Assembly (NCBI GenBank): GCA_963847655.1
Contig: CAWKAS010000014.1
Location: 29,584-93,583, forward strand
Reading direction: 5' to 3'
Origin: an uncultured Acidobacteriota bacterium
GTDB taxonomy: Bacteria; Acidobacteriota; Vicinamibacteria; Fen-336
Length of the DNA: 64,000 nucleotides
The notes under the pieces were generated by a model. That model made no database searches. It saw only the letters and a list, made by a program, of their open reading frames with translations, and was not told where the DNA came from. This document shows positions 59,902 through 64,000 of this stretch, piece after piece. The number at the start of each line of letters is the position of its first letter. The first letter of the stretch is position 1. A program made the position numbers and the translations under genes.

Positions 59902-60834
59902 TCAAGGCGGGGAGAGAGGCCTGGCGCGAGCCTGGGGCTTGCCCTCCGCGACGTTGTCGTAGAAGCGCTGTGTCGGGTAGGCGAAGTCGATGTCCTCCCG
60001 GGCGGCGAACTCGCGGAGGATCTGCTCCCAGATCGCCTGCTCGCTCCCGCGCCGCTTGCGGGGCTCGATCAGATAGCGCAGCGTCAGGAGCACACCGCAA
60101 TCCCGGACCGAGGTGTAGACCGTCGGCGTCAGCTGCCTGTAGAAGATCATGTATCGCTTGCCGGCCTCGCGGATGCGTCGCTCCGCCTCGTGGCTCAGGT
60201 GGGCGGCGTGCTCTTCGCCGACGCGCGCGAGGATCCGCTTGGCCTCCTCCCAGTTGCTCTCGAAGGTGACGAGCACCGGGACCTCGTTCCAGATCATCTC
60301 GAAGCCCTGGGAGTAGTTGGCGATCACGTCGGTCAGGATCAGGCTGTTGGGCAGGTGGATCACGCGGCCGGTGCTCTGATCGGCGTCGACCCAGTTGCCG
60401 ATCTCCAGCAGCGTGAACTTGAACAGCCGGATGTCGATCACGTCCCCGGCGTGGCCGCCGATCGCGATTCGGTCGCCCACCGAGATCGGCCTCCGCCAGA
60501 GGATGAAGATCCAGCCCGCCATGCTCCGCACCAGGTCCTGCAGCGCGATCGCGAGGCCCGCCGTGACCAGACCGAGGAACGTCGCCAGCGACTGGATCCC
60601 GGCGAACCAGATTCTTCCGACCAGCAGCAGACCCACCGCGAAGGCGACGTAGTTGGTGCCCTTGCGCCAGTGGTAGCGGGTCGGGACGTCCTCGGTCCGC
60701 CGCAACACCAGCCGGAGCAGGAGGGTCCGCAGCAGCCAGAGCAGGAGGATGACGGCAACGGAGTGGGCGAGGCGGGACTGGGTCGCCGGGGCGACGCCCG
60801 AAACCTCATACAGCCAGGTCGAAAGCTCTGTCAT
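59902..60834 (-). CDS. Mechanosensitive ion channel family protein (MscS-like)
   Basis: 3 N-terminal TM helices, the MscS beta-domain (VGDRIAIGGHAGDVIDIRLF) and a C-terminal alpha/beta domain. Confidence 0.85.
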   Translation of the reverse strand: MTELSTWLYEVSGVAPATQSRLAHSVAVILLLWLLRTLLLRLVLRRTEDVPTRYHWRKGTNYVAFAVGLLLVGRIWFAGIQSLATFLGLVTAGLAIALQDLVRSMAGWIFILWRRPISVGDRIAIGGHAGDVIDIRLFKFTLLEIGNWVDADQSTGRVIHLPNSLILTDVIANYSQGFEMIWNEVPVLVTFESNWEEAKRILARVGEEHAAHLSHEAERRIREAGKRYMIFYRQLTPTVYTSVRDCGVLLTLRYLIEPRKRRGSEQAIWEQILREFAAREDIDFAYPTQRFYDNVAEGKPQARARPLSPP

Positions 60835-60957
60835 CGCGAGTCTAGGCCGAGCGAGGACCCCCGCCCGGCCGGCCCGGAGTCGGCTCGTCGAGGCAGTATA
60901 GACGAGGCGGTCACCTCACCGGTGAGCCCGTGATCGGTTCTTCGAGGCGACGAGCCC

Positions 60958-62184
60958 TCAGAACTCCCGGGGCAGCTCGACCGGCGTCCCCGACCGCACC
61001 GCCTCCTGGGCCAGGGCATAGGCTTCGTCGTACTGACCGGTGACGACGTCCCAGGAGACGACGGTGTCGAGGTAGCGGCGGAGGTTGTCGCCCAGCTCGT
61101 GGCGAAGGCCCTCGTCGCAGGCGAGGTGGATCAGCTTGCGCCGGAGCATCTCCTTCGTGGTGAAGAGAAAGCCGCCCTCGCTCTCGAGGGTCTGGGCGGT
61201 GAGACCCTCCATGGGGGCGGTCGTGAGGAAGGGCTTGTTGAGGGCGATGATGCGGGCGAGGGTCCCCGACTGCGTCTCGTCGGTCGAGGGGAGAACGATG
61301 AAGTCGCACACCGCCATCGTCTTGTAGTAGATCTCGCCGCGCGGGATGAACTCGTAGTAGTGCGCCAGTCCCTTCTGCTCGAGGAGCTCGACCTCGCTCT
61401 TCCAGCGCTCGTAGTCCTCGCGGTGAGCGGGGTCGCGCACGGTGCCGGCGGCGAGGAGGTCCCAGTCCTCGCCGGTGCGGTCCCGGAGCTCGGTGGCGAT
61501 TCCCTCCCACATCGAGGTCAGGATGTCCCAGCGCTTGTTGGACTGGATCCACCCGATCAGGCCGACGAGGTGAGAGCTGAGGTGGGGGACCCGGTCGAGC
61601 CCCAGCTCCTGCCGGAGGGCGGGGATCTCGTCCGGGCCCCAGTGCCGGTCGGGTCGTGCCCCGTGAGGGACGACGAGGACGTTGCGAGGGGTCTTCCAGT
61701 CCCGACCGGGAAAGGTCCATTCGAGACGCCACTTCTGGTAGTGGCACTTGAAGAGCACCACGTGGGCGCGCTGGCACAGCTGGTAGATGAAGTTCGCCTC
61801 GGCGTCGAGCATCCGACCGTGCACGGTGTGGGGCTCCACCACGATCGGCCAGTCGGAGAGGGCATCCAGGAGGCTCAGGAAGCCCGCGTTGCCGTCGCCG
61901 TGCCCCCGGCTGTCGACGAACTCGTACAGACCGTACTCGTGCTGGATGTGGACCGCGTGCGGGCGCAGCGCGCGGACCTTCTCCGCGACCGGTCTCCACC
62001 AGTGGCTGCTCGTCAGGTTCATGATCGGGAAGACGCCGTCGCCCCGGCCGTCGGTGTGGCTGATCACCAGCACCTCGCGCTCGGGATGCCGCTTCTGGAT
62101 GAACTCCCGGGCCTCCTCGCAGAAGGTCCCGATCCCACACAGCCGCGGCGGATAGCTCGATATCATGACGATGGGATCATTCAT
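60958..62184 (-). CDS. Glycosyltransferase family 4 (GT-B, group 1)
   Basis: 408 aa with the C-terminal EX7E-like sugar-nucleotide binding region (...PSTDETQSGTLARIIALNKP...). Confidence 0.8.
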   Translation of the reverse strand: MNDPIVMISSYPPRLCGIGTFCEEAREFIQKRHPEREVLVISHTDGRGDGVFPIMNLTSSHWWRPVAEKVRALRPHAVHIQHEYGLYEFVDSRGHGDGNAGFLSLLDALSDWPIVVEPHTVHGRMLDAEANFIYQLCQRAHVVLFKCHYQKWRLEWTFPGRDWKTPRNVLVVPHGARPDRHWGPDEIPALRQELGLDRVPHLSSHLVGLIGWIQSNKRWDILTSMWEGIATELRDRTGEDWDLLAAGTVRDPAHREDYERWKSEVELLEQKGLAHYYEFIPRGEIYYKTMAVCDFIVLPSTDETQSGTLARIIALNKPFLTTAPMEGLTAQTLESEGGFLFTTKEMLRRKLIHLACDEGLRHELGDNLRRYLDTVVSWDVVTGQYDEAYALAQEAVRSGTPVELPREF

Positions 62185-63175
62185 CGCGCGCGACCCCTCC
62201 CGGTCGCCCGTGGTCCTTCAGCCAGCCCAGCAGCTCCTGCAGGCTGGCGGTGGCGAGACACATGACGGTGTCCGCCCCTCCATAGTAGAGGCGCAGCGTG
62301 TCTCCGTCAGGGGCCACGGTGGCGCCGCAGGGAAAGACGACGTCGGCCACGTCGCCGACGCGCTCGTAGTCGGCCAGGGGCCCGAAGACCCATTCGTCGC
62401 TGCGCAGGAGCACCTCGGTGGGGGACTCCCGGTCCAGCAGCACGAGGCCGAGCCGGTAGAGGGCCCCGGCCGCCGTCTGGCGGACACCGTGATAGAGGAG
62501 AAGCCACCCCTGCTCGGTCTCGATCGGCTGCGGGGAGAGGCCGATCTTCTGCGCGTCCCACCAGCCCCCACGCCGGGCCTGGATCAGCACGCGGTGATCG
62601 CCCCAGTGAACGAGGTCGGGCGAGTAGGAGATCCACATGTCCGCGGTGCCGTGGATGGGCACGGGGCGGTGGATCAACGCCCAGCGTCCGCCGAAGCGGC
62701 GGGGAAACAGCGCGGCGTCCTTGTCCTCCGGCGGGAGGAGCATTCCGATCCGCTCGAAGCTGCGGAAGTCCTCGGTGAGCGCGAGAGAGACACCTGGTCC
62801 GCCCCGGCCGTAGGCGACGTAGGTCACCGCGTACCGCCCTAGCTCGGGCACCCACGTGATCCGTGGATCCTCCACGCCCCAGAGCTCCTCGGAATGGGTC
62901 TGCGGCTCCCCGGAGAACGTCGGAGCCGGGTCGATCTCCCACCCCCCGGCCCCGTCGTTCGACCGCGCGGCGGTGAGATGGGAGTGGCCTCGGCGGTCCT
63001 CGCACCTCACGAGGAGCAGGGTCTCTCCGCTGGTCTCGAGGCGGACCGCCCCCGCGTTGAACACCGTGTTGACCGGATAGGGCCAGTACCTCGCCGTGAG
63101 TATCGGGTTGCCGGGATGGCGCCGGAAGAGGCCCGTGTCGCGATCCGCCTCTGCTGGGGGCATCGCTGATCTCAT
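62177..63175 (-). CDS. Glycoside hydrolase family 130 protein (glycoside phosphorylase/hydrolase, DUF377)
   Basis: Start at MRSAMPPAE. It has the N-terminal FRRHPGNPIL and 5-bladed propeller motifs (EDPRITW, TYVAYG, ISYSPDLVHW). It overlaps the GT4 start by 8 nt. Confidence 0.85.
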   Translation of the reverse strand: MRSAMPPAEADRDTGLFRRHPGNPILTARYWPYPVNTVFNAGAVRLETSGETLLLVRCEDRRGHSHLTAARSNDGAGGWEIDPAPTFSGEPQTHSEELWGVEDPRITWVPELGRYAVTYVAYGRGGPGVSLALTEDFRSFERIGMLLPPEDKDAALFPRRFGGRWALIHRPVPIHGTADMWISYSPDLVHWGDHRVLIQARRGGWWDAQKIGLSPQPIETEQGWLLLYHGVRQTAAGALYRLGLVLLDRESPTEVLLRSDEWVFGPLADYERVGDVADVVFPCGATVAPDGDTLRLYYGGADTVMCLATASLQELLGWLKDHGRPGGVARDE

Positions 63176-64000
63176 GGGACGGTGTGCGACTGCGCGTCCG
63201 ACCCCGCCGCCACCGCCGGGCGTTCGTCCGGAGGGGCGTGCATCGTGTGGCGGACGCGCGCCTCCTGCAGGGCGATGACCGAGAGCAGCCACGCCACCGT
63301 CGATTCCGCACCCTCGTTCTGGTTCCGACCCACCGAGGTCAGGGCGTCGCAGCACCCGCCCGTCGCCGAGTCGAAGAGGGGCACCTGAAGGTCGTTGCGG
63401 CCGAGGAACCAGTCGAAGCAGAGGCGGGCCTCGTGGTAGCACCGCTCCTCGCCGGTGACCTCCCAGGCCGCGAGCCAGGCCTCGATCATGGCGTGGGCCT
63501 CGACGGGCTGCTGATCGAAGCGCGCCCGCCGCCCGTCCCGACGCAGCCAGCCGTCCTGGCCGATCGGGGAGAAGTGGCCCTCGGCGGCACGCTGGTTGTC
63601 CATCAGGAACTCGAGCACGGTCAGGCCGTTCTCGACCATCTCGTCGCGCCCGAGGGCGTGTCCCGTGATCAGCAGCGCGTGAGGCAGCTTCCCGCTCGCA
63701 TAGGTGACCTCGTCCTCCGGCCACGGCCACGTGTCGGTCGCCGTGCGCGCGAAGGCCTCGAAGAGCCGCTCCGCCAGCTGCTCCCGTATCCGCCGCGCCT
63801 CGCTGTCTCCGCCGAAGCGGCTGAGGTAGGCGTCGAGACCGAGGAGGGTGAAGGCCTGGCTGCGCAGGCCGTCGAACGCCAGAACGGTGGGGAGGCCTCC
63901 CTTGAAGAGTCGGGCGGAGATGCTGCTCTGTCCCGGCTCGGTGAGCGAGGCCGCGGCGATCCCCAGCCCCCAGAGCGCCCGGCCCTGCGCGTCCTCGCTG
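63172..64000 (-). CDS. Six-hairpin glycosidase-like protein (GDE_C/GH63-GH15 superfamily), 5' partial (continues beyond the window end)
   Basis: Open frame from the window edge; the C-terminal (alpha/alpha)6-type motifs include CCDALTSVGRNQNEGAESTVAWL. Its stop overlaps the GH130 ATG (ATGA). Confidence 0.6.
   Translation of the reverse strand, partial: SEDAQGRALWGLGIAAASLTEPGQSSISARLFKGGLPTVLAFDGLRSQAFTLLGLDAYLSRFGGDSEARRIREQLAERLFEAFARTATDTWPWPEDEVTYASGKLPHALLITGHALGRDEMVENGLTVLEFLMDNQRAAEGHFSPIGQDGWLRRDGRRARFDQQPVEAHAMIEAWLAAWEVTGEERCYHEARLCFDWFLGRNDLQVPLFDSATGGCCDALTSVGRNQNEGAESTVAWLLSVIALQEARVRHTMHAPPDERPAVAAGSDAQSHTVP

Overview
This is a 64 kb, roughly 70% GC chromosomal segment from a Gram-negative-type bacterium (Tat and lipoprotein signal peptides; lineage not determinable, perhaps Myxococcota/Gemmatimonadota-like). 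About 55 genes are called, mostly in short co-directional operons with 4-nt ATGA/GTGA overlaps. The gene content is dominated by housekeeping and envelope functions. Recognisable products are:

- Proteolysis and envelope: SppA, a cereblon-type CULT protein, a beta-lactamase-family hydrolase, and a BlaI repressor with a BlaR1-like M56 peptidase.
- Glycogen and sugar metabolism: GlgC and MalQ, plus a translationally coupled six-hairpin GH / GH130 / GT4 cluster next to an MscS channel.
- DNA metabolism: DNA polymerase II (PolB), an ATP-dependent DNA ligase, endonuclease V and a sirtuin CobB.
- Regulation and stress: an ECF sigma factor paired with a TPR Ser/Thr kinase, a MoxR-DUF58-transglutaminase operon, and a cold-shock protein.
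- Periplasmic catabolism: a Tat-exported SelA-like / amidohydrolase / RidA trio.
- Toxin-antitoxin: a VapBC pair followed by a GHKL ATPase.

No complete tRNA, rRNA or CRISPR array is seen. Four points stand out.

- At least nine genes carry single-base frameshifts, mostly in G/C homopolymer runs. These are either assembly indels or real pseudogenes, and the sequence alone cannot tell which.
- A ~186 bp MITE-like repeat with CTAG termini and a central palindrome occurs twice in full plus once as an internal fragment. Its terminal CTAG supplies the TAG stop codon of two genes.
- The BlaR1-like M56 peptidase has its usual penicillin-binding sensor replaced by a PEAPEA tandem repeat and a long charged coiled coil.
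- An unusually long (~700 bp) non-coding region contains an isolated tRNA 3'-end-like fragment.

No obvious canonical defence system was found. The best candidates for something undescribed are the VapBC-GHKL ATPase module, the BlaI/M56 coiled-coil signalling pair, the 1428-aa membrane protein and the MITE family. All coordinates carry a +/-1 to 3 nt reading uncertainty; frameshift positions are approximate.
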